IMG/VR virus record: IMGVR_UViG_3300009158_000001
Coordinates: 1-64,000 of that record
Strand: one strand, 5' to 3'
Length of the DNA stretch: 64,000 nt
Source: a virus
The position numbers and the translations under genes were made by a program. This document shows, one piece after another, positions 18,176 to 26,349 of this stretch. Position 1 is the stretch's first letter. Every line of letters starts with the position of its first letter. The notes beneath the pieces were generated by a model, which had not been told where the DNA came from, searched no databases, and saw nothing but the letters and a program-made list of their open reading frames with translations.

Positions 18176-18920
18176 AATCTCTGCACCAATCGATGACTTA
18201 ATTGATAGCAATGTTAGGCTCCGGGAGCTTAGCATTAATCAATTGATAAGCTTCATGAGGTGTGGAGAATACTTTAGGAATGAAATACTAGAACGAGTTC
18301 CTGCTTGGGACTTCTCAAAAGATCCATATAGCCTGTTACTGCATCATTTAATGGTGTATGTGACAAGCTATTATGGAAGGAAGCAAGTATTTCCATCTGA
18401 CAATGACATTATCTTGAGATTTTCTATAGCTCAAAACTTACTTAGAAAAGCAGGACATAGTTTTATTTTTCATAATAAGAATAACGACATTATATTTTCT
18501 ATATTTAAATGGCGTTCATACTTACAGGAAATAAATATTAAACATGTCAGCCATGTTGAGTTATTCACAAGCTCAGGAATCACAGTTAATTTTGCTATTC
18601 CTATAATTAGTGACAAAGCAATATATCTATTTAGCTATTTGCCACGCAAAGAGTTTATTAAAACAGCTCACTTCCACTTGCCTTTGTTAAAACATTGGAA
18701 TAAGAAAATATATATTGTATATCTAAGCGGATCTAATTATAATATAGAGAATTTCACAGACAAAGAAATTGATTTAAGAAAGCTAAATAGTGTATATGCA
18801 AGTGCACTTTTTGCTTATAAAAAGAATGTCTACTTGCCAATTTTTAATTGTAAATTACAAACATGTCCATTGTACTCTAAGTGCAATAGTATGTATTCAG
18901 ACAATAAGGATAATGAATGA
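18162..18920 (+). CDS. Hypothetical protein, probably a degenerate PD-(D/E)XK/Cas4-like fold
   Basis: N-terminal LSINQLISFMRCGEYF and C-terminal CKLQTCPLYSKC bracket the protein as in the PD-(D/E)XK_1/Cas4 families. No clear catalytic D..ExK. Confidence 0.45.
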   Translation: MTMPRISAPIDDLIDSNVRLRELSINQLISFMRCGEYFRNEILERVPAWDFSKDPYSLLLHHLMVYVTSYYGRKQVFPSDNDIILRFSIAQNLLRKAGHSFIFHNKNNDIIFSIFKWRSYLQEINIKHVSHVELFTSSGITVNFAIPIISDKAIYLFSYLPRKEFIKTAHFHLPLLKHWNKKIYIVYLSGSNYNIENFTDKEIDLRKLNSVYASALFAYKKNVYLPIFNCKLQTCPLYSKCNSMYSDNKDNE

Positions 18921-19294
18921 ACCCTATTGATGTTAATAACCCTACTGCTGACTTACAACAGCCTGCCCATGATCCTACAGGGCAAAGAATGGGTCGCATT
19001 TATGGAGACGCGGCGGAGACGCTTAGAATGCATAATGCTTATAGGCCTAACGTAGGAGGCAAGTACGATCTTAATCGTATTCGTCGAAAGAGAGGAGAAT
19101 ATGAATTCCGACAATTGCAAAGTGCAATGCAGAGAGAGCAGCAAAAGTATTGCGATGAGAACTCTCTTTCTGTCTTAGATTTTCAAGCTAAGTACGCAGA
19201 AGAGCCAGAGATTCTAGAACATATCTATGAGCGAGCTTTTAATAGCTTGCCCAAGCAATGCCGTACGATTCTTGGAGTTAATATTAATAAGTAG
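18917..19294 (+). CDS. Hypothetical protein
   Basis: 125 aa, ATGA overlap with the upstream stop. Confidence 0.7.
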   Translation: MNPIDVNNPTADLQQPAHDPTGQRMGRIYGDAAETLRMHNAYRPNVGGKYDLNRIRRKRGEYEFRQLQSAMQREQQKYCDENSLSVLDFQAKYAEEPEILEHIYERAFNSLPKQCRTILGVNINK

Positions 19295-19308
19295 TATTGG
19301 AGAAGTAT

Positions 19309-19869
19309 ATGAGTAACTTTATTTATGTTTTGCCCACTAGTTCCAGAGTAGCAGCTTTACTTTCTAATAAAGCTCAAAAGAATTATCAAGCTAAAACTTT
19401 AGATTTGTTTTTTGATATCCCTAAGGATATATTTCTTGTAGGTTCTCACAGCTCTGAAGATGCTTTAACTTATATGATGCCTCTTGGTTTTAAGACTTAC
19501 GCTCCTCCTGGAGCAGATATGTTTTTACTTCCAAGAAGCAGCTCAGGTAATTTGCGTAAGCTTAATCCTACAATTATGGATCCTCCGTACATTGAAAGAC
19601 TTAAAGCAGCTAACATTGACGTCTATGACACAGATGCACTTACATTAGCTAATACAGTTGGTTATATTGACTGGGATTATCGAAATGAATGGAAAGCTTT
19701 AGTCAGAACAGTTCGTGATATTACAATAGATAATGAGCGCGCTTATCTTCAGGCTATTCCACTTGAGCCAAGTAAGTTTCTATTTAAGATTGTAGATGAT
19801 ATTTCTCAAATTCCTGCAGAGTATCTTGATACTCAAAGAGGACAAAATGGATTTGGAAGCACAAACTAA
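19309..19869 (+). CDS. dut: Trimeric dUTPase (divergent)
   Basis: LPRSS (motif 2), NTVGYIDWDYRNE (motif 3), RGQNGFGST (motif 5). Confidence 0.85.
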   Translation: MSNFIYVLPTSSRVAALLSNKAQKNYQAKTLDLFFDIPKDIFLVGSHSSEDALTYMMPLGFKTYAPPGADMFLLPRSSSGNLRKLNPTIMDPPYIERLKAANIDVYDTDALTLANTVGYIDWDYRNEWKALVRTVRDITIDNERAYLQAIPLEPSKFLFKIVDDISQIPAEYLDTQRGQNGFGSTN

Positions 19870-20785
19870 AACTTACTTTGAGCTGTTTGCTGGAACCGGC
19901 ATAGGCGGTATGCCCTTTGATGCTCTTGGGTATACCTGCCTTGGCTATTCTGAATACAATAAGTATGCGGCTAGCAACTATGATGCTAATTTCCCCAGAC
20001 GTACTAACTATGGGGATATTACATTAATAGACGAAAAGACTTTACCAGACTTTGATGTCTTAATAGGTGGCAGTCCATGCACTGATATATCTAAAGCTAA
20101 TATGAATATTACTGGTCTTGCTGGAAATGAAAGTAAACTATTCTATGACTACATTAGAATCTTAGATCATAAACTTCCTAAGTACTTTGTATTTGAGAAT
20201 GTAAAAAATCTTTTATACTGCAATAAAGGTGCTGATCTTAAGATCGTACTTAATGAACTGCAGAAGAACTATAACATAGTCTATAAGCTTTTAAACACAG
20301 CAGATTATGGAATTCCACAAAGACGACTGCGTTTGTATATTATTGGACAGCGAAAAGATCTTGGAGATTTTCATTTTAACTTTCCTATGCCTTTCCATTT
20401 AGACACTAAAGCTCAAGATCTACTTGATGAACTTGTTGACGATAAGTATTACTTGTCACCTAAAGCACATGCATATGTGACATGCACTCATGTCAAGTAT
20501 GGTAGATCAATCAAGTGGAATCTTCCAGTTGCTGTAACTCTTTTAGCTTCTATGCATAAGAATAAAAGAGCTGGTATATGTAACTATTACGATATGCCAA
20601 CTGCTCCAGTAGGAAAAACAAAGTTAAGACGTCCTACTCCCAGGGAATGTGCCCGTCTTCAGGGCTTACCAGATACATATAAAATTGTAGTATCAGATAC
20701 ACAAGCTTATATGCTTATGGGTAATGCTATGAGTTTAAATGTTGTTACTTTATTGGCAAATGAAATAGACAGGATATGGAAGTAA
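19847..20785 (+). CDS. DNA (cytosine-5) methyltransferase
   Basis: ELFAGTG (I), GDI, GGSPC (IV), FENV (VI), PQRRLRLYIIG (VIII), RECARLQGLP (IX), GNAM (X). ATG at 19847 with GAGGA SD. Confidence 0.95.
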   Translation: MDLEAQTKTYFELFAGTGIGGMPFDALGYTCLGYSEYNKYAASNYDANFPRRTNYGDITLIDEKTLPDFDVLIGGSPCTDISKANMNITGLAGNESKLFYDYIRILDHKLPKYFVFENVKNLLYCNKGADLKIVLNELQKNYNIVYKLLNTADYGIPQRRLRLYIIGQRKDLGDFHFNFPMPFHLDTKAQDLLDELVDDKYYLSPKAHAYVTCTHVKYGRSIKWNLPVAVTLLASMHKNKRAGICNYYDMPTAPVGKTKLRRPTPRECARLQGLPDTYKIVVSDTQAYMLMGNAMSLNVVTLLANEIDRIWK

Positions 20786-20786
20786 A

Positions 20787-21092
20787 ATGGCAACCTTTAA
20801 TAAATACTTCGGTGGCCTTCAGGTAACTGACGGCAAACAATATGAATTGGATAATGCAATACCAGATGCAACTGGCAAAACAAGTGTTAGACATATTTGC
20901 ACTGTCAGCAAAGGATTCAGAACATTTGTTATGTTAAGAATTCGAAAAGGCCTAGAAGAGAAATGGTATTTAAATGAAACTACATCTGGTCAGCCAGAGA
21001 TGATTGAGAACGATGAAGAGTATCGTGAGATAGCTAAGTTTGTCGATGACTGGCTTGCTCAGATTAGTGGCATTAAATTCGGTCAGCAATGA
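20787..21092 (+). CDS. Hypothetical protein
   Basis: 101 aa ORF tightly packed between its neighbours. Confidence 0.7.
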   Translation: MATFNKYFGGLQVTDGKQYELDNAIPDATGKTSVRHICTVSKGFRTFVMLRIRKGLEEKWYLNETTSGQPEMIENDEEYREIAKFVDDWLAQISGIKFGQQ

Positions 21093-21649
21093 TTTATGCA
21101 CAGAATGCAAGTTCCTACCATCGCAAAATGGGAGAACTTCTTGAGCAGATGAACTTTGGTGGCTTAGGTATATATCAGGAACATATTGTAAAAGATATAT
21201 GTCCAGAACATCCAAGCCCTCTTGATCGTTTTGACTTTTATATTCCTAGTCTAAATCTAGTAATAGAAGTCCACGGAGAGCAACATTATAAAGCTGCAAC
21301 CTTTGGTGGTATATCTCAGCAAAAAGCTGATTTTAACTTTGCCAAAGGATCCCTCAGGGATACTGATAAAGCTTTATCGGCTAAGAAAGCAGGGCTTATT
21401 TATATAGCATTTAGTTATAAAGATAAGTTTACACAAGAAGTGTTTGACAACAAACATAAAGAAGCTATACTTGAACTAGAGAACAATGGTTTTCAACAAG
21501 TAATCCAAGAGCCAAATCAAACTATCCTTGATCATAGAAAACGTGTATCTTCTATAAATAAAGAATATGCACAACGCGTATATCAAGAGCAAAAAGAAAA
21601 TGGAAAATCTGAATTTAAATCACATACAGGTTTCTTCAAAAAGAAATAA
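21089..21649 (+). CDS. DUF559/Vsr-like PD-(D/E)XK endonuclease
   Basis: RFDFYIPSLNLVIEVHGEQHY ... RDTDK motif. Confidence 0.75.
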   Translation: MIYAQNASSYHRKMGELLEQMNFGGLGIYQEHIVKDICPEHPSPLDRFDFYIPSLNLVIEVHGEQHYKAATFGGISQQKADFNFAKGSLRDTDKALSAKKAGLIYIAFSYKDKFTQEVFDNKHKEAILELENNGFQQVIQEPNQTILDHRKRVSSINKEYAQRVYQEQKENGKSEFKSHTGFFKKK

Positions 21650-21657
21650 GGAATTGC

Positions 21658-22200
21658 TTGAGTCAAGTTAGCCTATTTAGAATTGTTATTGATGGCGAAC
21701 CTATTAGCAAAAGCAATGCTACTATGAGTAGGTTTAACTGGAAGACTAAGAAGAGTGAAGTGTATGTTCCAGAAAAGTTTCTAGACTATGAGAAACTTAT
21801 CACTCATCAGATTGACGAATACTTAAGTCAGTTCCCTGGCGTTGAGCGTCCGCTCTTTAAGGTTGGTCCAGTTCAAATGAACATACATTATTTCTTAGGT
21901 ACTAAGCGTCGCAAAGATTTACCTAATCTTCCTAAAACAACTTGTGATGCTTTAACTGGCCAGGTATACGGTGATGATTGTCAGATTGTTGCGATGAATT
22001 TGTTTAAGTACTATGACGCTCTTAATCCTAGAGTGGTAATAGAAGTCTTGCCTATTTTAGATGGTGTTGAGTATCCAATTCCAAACACACTACTGGCTAC
22101 TGAGGATCAGAAAAAGACTAGGCCAAAAAAGAAAACTACCGATGCAAAGCCCACAAAAAGTAAAAATACTCGTAAACCTAGAAAGAAATCTAACAAATAA
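21658..22200 (+). CDS. rusA: RusA-family Holliday junction resolvase
   Basis: GEPISKSN, RRKDLPNLPKTTCDAL, YGDDCQIV, PRVVIEV. Lys-rich C-tail. Confidence 0.8.
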   Translation: MSQVSLFRIVIDGEPISKSNATMSRFNWKTKKSEVYVPEKFLDYEKLITHQIDEYLSQFPGVERPLFKVGPVQMNIHYFLGTKRRKDLPNLPKTTCDALTGQVYGDDCQIVAMNLFKYYDALNPRVVIEVLPILDGVEYPIPNTLLATEDQKKTRPKKKTTDAKPTKSKNTRKPRKKSNK

Positions 22201-22366
22201 GTTAGATATTGTAAAAAAATATGATAAAATGCCGCTTACTCTTCGGTCATTTGTGAGATCTTACTTTTTAGGAATGACTCAAACTGAGATACAAAATACT
22301 ATGATTCTCACGGTTAGCGAGTACAAAGAACTAAAACAACAAATGATAGACACATTAAGTGATTAA
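22142..22366 (+). CDS. Small protein with sigma region-4-like HTH pattern
   Basis: YDKMPLTLRSFVRSYFLGMTQTEIQNTMILTVSEYKELKQQMIDTL fits an 'Lp...r.......GmtqtEI..' HTH pattern. The start is uncertain (22142 or 22229). Confidence 0.4.
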   Translation: MQSPQKVKILVNLERNLTNKLDIVKKYDKMPLTLRSFVRSYFLGMTQTEIQNTMILTVSEYKELKQQMIDTLSD

Positions 22367-22376
22367 AGGAGATAAA

Positions 22377-23096
22377 ATGGCTAAGGCAAAAGGAATGAGT
22401 CCAGTTGTAAGTGCAAAGCCAACTGGCGAAGAGTTGCTAACTGATGAACTAAGACGTGAGCTAGAAGACCAACCAGAGATTAAGAACATTATTGTTAACG
22501 CAACATCACAAACAGATATTGTCAACAAGATGAGAGAGTTTGCTCCTGTAAGCTCTAACATTCATGTATTTACAAATCCAGCATTAATGATACCCGGAGG
22601 AGAAGCCTTTCAAAAGCAAGAACTTCTAACTACCAGTATTCATACTGCTATCTGCTCATATGGCAATCTCACAGAACTTAGACTAGTGTGTGGTCCAAGT
22701 TACGATTATATTCCTGTTAAGCATGAAATTGCTAATCCAACCAAGATCAGTAAGCTAGAAGCTGCAGAGTTAATTAGTAAACTTGTATACACAAACCCTA
22801 AGGCTATAGGGTTTAGCTACCGTCAGGATTCCAAGGTTGTTGATGGTAATACTCGTTGGTTCTGGACCTTAGATGTTTTTGTTAGCAAGGACAAGACAAG
22901 AGCTGATCTTCTTGCTGATCATATATCTAAAGAGCCAGAGCTTAAAACTAAACTTGATAAGGAGTGGCTACTTCGCAAAGCAGAACTTGCTACGTTCGGT
23001 AATCCAGAAAAAGTTTATAATGCTTTAAAGAAAGATATTTACAAGAATATTGCATGGAACCCTGCATATTATGCAGTTGTTCTTCCCACTAATTAA
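22377..23096 (+). CDS. Hypothetical protein
   Basis: ATG at 22377 with AAGGAG SD; 239 aa. Confidence 0.75.
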   Translation: MAKAKGMSPVVSAKPTGEELLTDELRRELEDQPEIKNIIVNATSQTDIVNKMREFAPVSSNIHVFTNPALMIPGGEAFQKQELLTTSIHTAICSYGNLTELRLVCGPSYDYIPVKHEIANPTKISKLEAAELISKLVYTNPKAIGFSYRQDSKVVDGNTRWFWTLDVFVSKDKTRADLLADHISKEPELKTKLDKEWLLRKAELATFGNPEKVYNALKKDIYKNIAWNPAYYAVVLPTN

Positions 23097-23110
23097 AAAT
23101 GGAGATTAAA

Positions 23111-23662
23111 ATGAATAAGATTAAGTTTTCCCTAGTTTCGTTTCTTGCTACTCTACTTGTAGCTTCAACTGCCTATGCCACTGAGTGTGTCACAACGGCT
23201 GACTGTGCCACAGGCGAGACCTGCCAGGCTGTGGCCAGCGCTGAGTGTCCTCCCTGTGCTGAAGGTTCAGCCTGTGACTCCTGTGCTACAGAGATCCTTG
23301 CTTGTGTCCCCGAGGCAGTCCCTGCTCCTTGCGATACCGCTACTTCAGGTTCCGGTTCAGGTTCTGAGGGCTCAGCTGCCGTTGATCCTGATTGTGGATC
23401 TGGCGACCCTGCAGGTAGCGGTTCAGGTTCAGGTGAGGTTATTCCCGTAGACGGCAGTGGTTCTGGCGCTGGCGCTGACGCTGGCGCTGATACCGCTCTT
23501 CCCGAGACTGATGGTAGCGGCTCAGGAGCGGCCGTCTCTGCTGATAAAAGCAAAGAGGAAAGTGGGTGTTCAGTGGTTTCTAATACTGCTAGTGTCTTCG
23601 GTATTTTTGCTATGATTGGTACTATTCTATTTCTTCGTAGACGTAATACAATTTCCAAGTAA
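23111..23662 (+). CDS. Secreted Cys-rich surface protein with MYXO-CTERM-like sorting signal
   Basis: Sec signal MNKIKFSLVSFLATLLVASTAYA. Cys-rich head, acidic GSGSGS linker, then ESGCSV + hydrophobic helix (VFGIFAMIGTILFL) + RRR. Confidence 0.8.
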   Translation: MNKIKFSLVSFLATLLVASTAYATECVTTADCATGETCQAVASAECPPCAEGSACDSCATEILACVPEAVPAPCDTATSGSGSGSEGSAAVDPDCGSGDPAGSGSGSGEVIPVDGSGSGAGADAGADTALPETDGSGSGAAVSADKSKEESGCSVVSNTASVFGIFAMIGTILFLRRRNTISK

Positions 23663-23699
23663 TAGACTTTTATTTATTTTTACTTATTAAGGATAAGCA

Positions 23700-24239
23700 A
23701 TGGAAGCCGATATTAAATTAGTTGATCTTAGAAAAGAAACATTAGGTACAGTTAGAGAGGCAATTAAGGTTGCTGCTACACTTGGCCCTAATGGCTTCAA
23801 GTTCTTTGTGAATAAAAACTTTATTAAGAATGGTCTTATTATTACAAAGATTGTTCCTGTTACAGGAGACGAGCCACCTAAGACACAAGATATTCTAAAC
23901 TACATGGGTCTTAAGAATCTAAAGAAGACCCTAGAGTTTGCGAAGAAGGTTCTCGTTGAAGATGGCGAAGTGACTGTTGAAGAGAAGTTTGTTCCTGTTA
24001 TTCATGCAACTCAGACCATAGAAGAAAAGGTAGAAGATTCTTTACCTGAAACTCCTGAACAAGTAGTCACTGAAGAGCCAGAAATTGCTCTTGCCGAAGA
24101 GACACCTCTAGTCGAGGAGTTAGAGGCTGCTTTGCCTGCAGATAAATCAGATGAAGTTGAGCAGCCAAAGGAAGAAGTTCCTCTCTGGTACAGTAAGAAG
24201 CGTAAATCAAAGAAGACTTATACTGAGGAGTCTGAATAA
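23700..24239 (+). CDS. Hypothetical protein with acidic low-complexity C-half and basic tail
   Basis: 179 aa, AAGGA SD, stop overlaps the next ATG. Confidence 0.75.
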   Translation: MEADIKLVDLRKETLGTVREAIKVAATLGPNGFKFFVNKNFIKNGLIITKIVPVTGDEPPKTQDILNYMGLKNLKKTLEFAKKVLVEDGEVTVEEKFVPVIHATQTIEEKVEDSLPETPEQVVTEEPEIALAEETPLVEELEAALPADKSDEVEQPKEEVPLWYSKKRKSKKTYTEESE

Positions 24240-24676
24240 TGCCTGGTCTATCTTACAGTAAAAAAGATGGCAAGGAATTACAAACCTACTACTACAGCCC
24301 TGAACTTGGTATTTTTGAGTTTCCATTTGTTTTTGATACTATAGTCGAAGGCGAACCTGTTCCAGGTCCAGGGGACAGAACCCAAGCAACTCTAATCAAT
24401 TGCTCTGCTTTGTCCGCTGGTCGAACAAAGACTATAAGACTTATAGCATATGACCTTACTAACTCAAATGTTATGCTCAATTTATGGTTTGCAGAAACAA
24501 AAGAAGAAATTCAACAGGCAGTTGCCACAGGAAATCCTGCTCAGCTCCCAATGATGCAAGGTGCTATGGATATATCTCTTCCAGTCTCCTCAAGCTGGAT
24601 TGCTGTTGATTATGACAGTTCTTTGACTGGAACAATTTCTACTTCTAGTTTTAATCTGATACTTTTGATAGCTTAA
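24239..24676 (+). CDS. Hypothetical protein (paralog A)
   Basis: 145 aa. Shares AGR...I.L, NLWFA(E/D)...(Q/N)AVA..P and S..(I/M)A(V/I).YD with 24796..25224. Confidence 0.75.
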   Translation: MPGLSYSKKDGKELQTYYYSPELGIFEFPFVFDTIVEGEPVPGPGDRTQATLINCSALSAGRTKTIRLIAYDLTNSNVMLNLWFAETKEEIQQAVATGNPAQLPMMQGAMDISLPVSSSWIAVDYDSSLTGTISTSSFNLILLIA

Positions 24677-24693
24677 TTTAAGTATAGCAAAGG

Positions 24694-24728
24694 AAACCCA
24701 ACCATTAATTTGGTTGGGTTTTTTATTA
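24694..24728 (+). terminator. Intrinsic terminator
   Basis: AAACCCAACCA-TTAATT-TGGTTGGGTTT followed by a T-tract. Confidence 0.85.
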
Positions 24729-24795
24729 TGCTTACCACTTAGATTAACTAAGATAGAATAGGATAAGAAAATACTACTACAAAGGAGGTTGAATA

Positions 24796-25224
24796 ATGAA
24801 TTGGGTAAATAAAACAGATAAAAAAATTCAAGCTTTCCACTGGCATCCTCTTGCCGAAATTAGTGACCTTGATTTTATGAATGGCGCTGGAAGTATTGAG
24901 AGTACTAATGCTATTGATTTTCTTGAGCTTTCCGATTCTCGCCGCGCTGGTCGTTCAGCCATAAAATTACACATGAATACGCTGTATAGCGATGGCATGG
25001 ATAGAGTATCTGTTTATAATCTATGGTTTGCTGATTCACCTCAAGCTTTAGCTAATGCTGTTGCAAATGATCCTCCAACAGAAATTATATGCAGCTCTTG
25101 GCCATTTGGACTACCAGTTATAATGACATTTAATATATCTACTCGGTATATGGCTATTAATTATGATCCAAATAAGACAACCCACGATCCAAACTATACA
25201 TCAATTTCAATCTACGCTTACTAA
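24796..25224 (+). CDS. Hypothetical protein (paralog B)
   Basis: 142 aa with a perfect AAGGAGGT SD. Shares motifs with 24239..24676. Confidence 0.8.
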   Translation: MNWVNKTDKKIQAFHWHPLAEISDLDFMNGAGSIESTNAIDFLELSDSRRAGRSAIKLHMNTLYSDGMDRVSVYNLWFADSPQALANAVANDPPTEIICSSWPFGLPVIMTFNISTRYMAINYDPNKTTHDPNYTSISIYAY

Positions 25225-25236
25225 GTAGATTGAAGC

Positions 25237-25280
25237 AAAAGAAAACCCCAGTCATTAATTTGGCTGGGGTTTTTTACTTT
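25237..25280. terminator. Bidirectional intrinsic terminator where the two gene blocks converge
   Basis: AAAAGAAAACCCCAGTCA-TTAATT-TGGCTGGGGTTTTTT, with an A-tract before and a T-tract after. Confidence 0.88.
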
Positions 25281-25288
25281 TATCTATT

Positions 25289-25489
25289 CTACTTCTTTTC
25301 TAGTTTCTCAACCCTTGCAGTTAGGTCTGCCAGTTTACTATTCGAATCTTTCTGCTCCTGCTCAATTACTGCTTTGAGAGCACCTAGTTGTCTTAGCTTT
25401 GGGATATTCTCAATAATCTTTTGAAGATCATTAATACGTTTCTCAATTGCAGCAAGTCTTTCTAGTACATAATTATTATCTATGGCCAT
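25289..25489 (-). CDS. Small coiled-coil protein at end of lysis cassette
   Basis: 66 aa heptad pattern, GGAGGAG SD, no transmembrane segment or lipobox. Confidence 0.7.
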   Translation of the reverse strand: MAIDNNYVLERLAAIEKRINDLQKIIENIPKLRQLGALKAVIEQEQKDSNSKLADLTARVEKLEKK

Positions 25490-25789
25490 TTACTCCTCCG
25501 GCTTATCTTGTTTAACTTTAGTATCAGTGCCTTGTGTTCTATCTATAACATTAGCACCCATATATAATCCTACAAGTCCTACAAAAGCTGCAGTAAATAC
25601 ATCATCACTCATTAACTGAGGAATAATGTAAAGACCAGTAGCTTGTCCAATAGGACTCATAAGATATAAGAACGTTAACGTATGCAAGGCCCAGTATACA
25701 AGACCAAGCTTACGACTAATGTAATTGCTTTTGTCCCCAAGAAAAGCTCCACTAAATCTTCTAAAGAGTATAGCAGAGAGATTAAACAT
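25490..25789 (-). CDS. Putative holin
   Basis: 99 aa with SRKL followed by 2-3 hydrophobic helices (…AAFVGLVGLYMGANV) and a charged C-tail. Coupled to the endolysin. Confidence 0.65.
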   Translation of the reverse strand: MFNLSAILFRRFSGAFLGDKSNYISRKLGLVYWALHTLTFLYLMSPIGQATGLYIIPQLMSDDVFTAAFVGLVGLYMGANVIDRTQGTDTKVKQDKPEE

Positions 25790-26337
25790 TACTTCTTACC
25801 TAAGTAACGTACAAATCCTACAAGCTTAGGCTCATCAAGGCTACGTGAGCGATGATAAACGCCACCACCTTCGCGGCTACCAGCTTCATTCGTATTACCT
25901 TCAATGGTTCCAAACTTAACAGCGCTAAGCATATTACCTTCGCAAATACCGCAGTGACCAACATGAGCTTTAACTCTGCCAACTCGAACTTGATCTACTT
26001 TAGTAGGATCATTACATAGCACAAATAGATCGCCGGGTTCAATCTTATACTTGCCAGACTTTACATCAGCAGGTAAGAAACGAAGAAAGTCTTCACGGCT
26101 TGCATTGCGCGTCCAGAAGCCCATTACGGCCGAGCTTTGCTTGCCAGCAGGGTTAGCACCAGGATAGGCCTGCCCGAAGACCCAAGCCACAAAGGCAGCG
26201 CACCAGGCGGCACCTACAAGCCAAGCACCAACGTACTTCTGAAAGTCCTCTACACGAGGACCTCTATTGCTATTAATAGGAACTTCACGAACACCAACTT
26301 CCTTTAGCGCAATATCTACAAGATTTTGATTTGACAT
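25789..26337 (-). CDS. CHAP-domain endolysin
   Basis: ALKEVGVRE...NSNRGPRV, AWCAAFVAW (catalytic Cys), PGDLF, GHCGI (His), TIEGNTN...REGGGVY. Confidence 0.88.
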   Translation of the reverse strand: MSNQNLVDIALKEVGVREVPINSNRGPRVEDFQKYVGAWLVGAAWCAAFVAWVFGQAYPGANPAGKQSSAVMGFWTRNASREDFLRFLPADVKSGKYKIEPGDLFVLCNDPTKVDQVRVGRVKAHVGHCGICEGNMLSAVKFGTIEGNTNEAGSREGGGVYHRSRSLDEPKLVGFVRYLGKK

Positions 26338-26349
26338 TTTAAGTACCCC

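Noticed and set aside
22202-22230. Possible promoter TTAGAT-N17-TAAAAT with TG extension
   Set aside because: It lies in AT-rich, probably coding sequence, so a chance match cannot be excluded.
23173-23658. 161 aa antisense ORF and 91 aa alternative-frame ORF over the MYXO-CTERM gene
   Set aside because: These are by-products of GC-rich, low-complexity codons and lack a coherent architecture.
25230-25424. 64 aa + strand ORF
   Set aside because: It spans the bidirectional terminator and is antisense to a better-supported gene.
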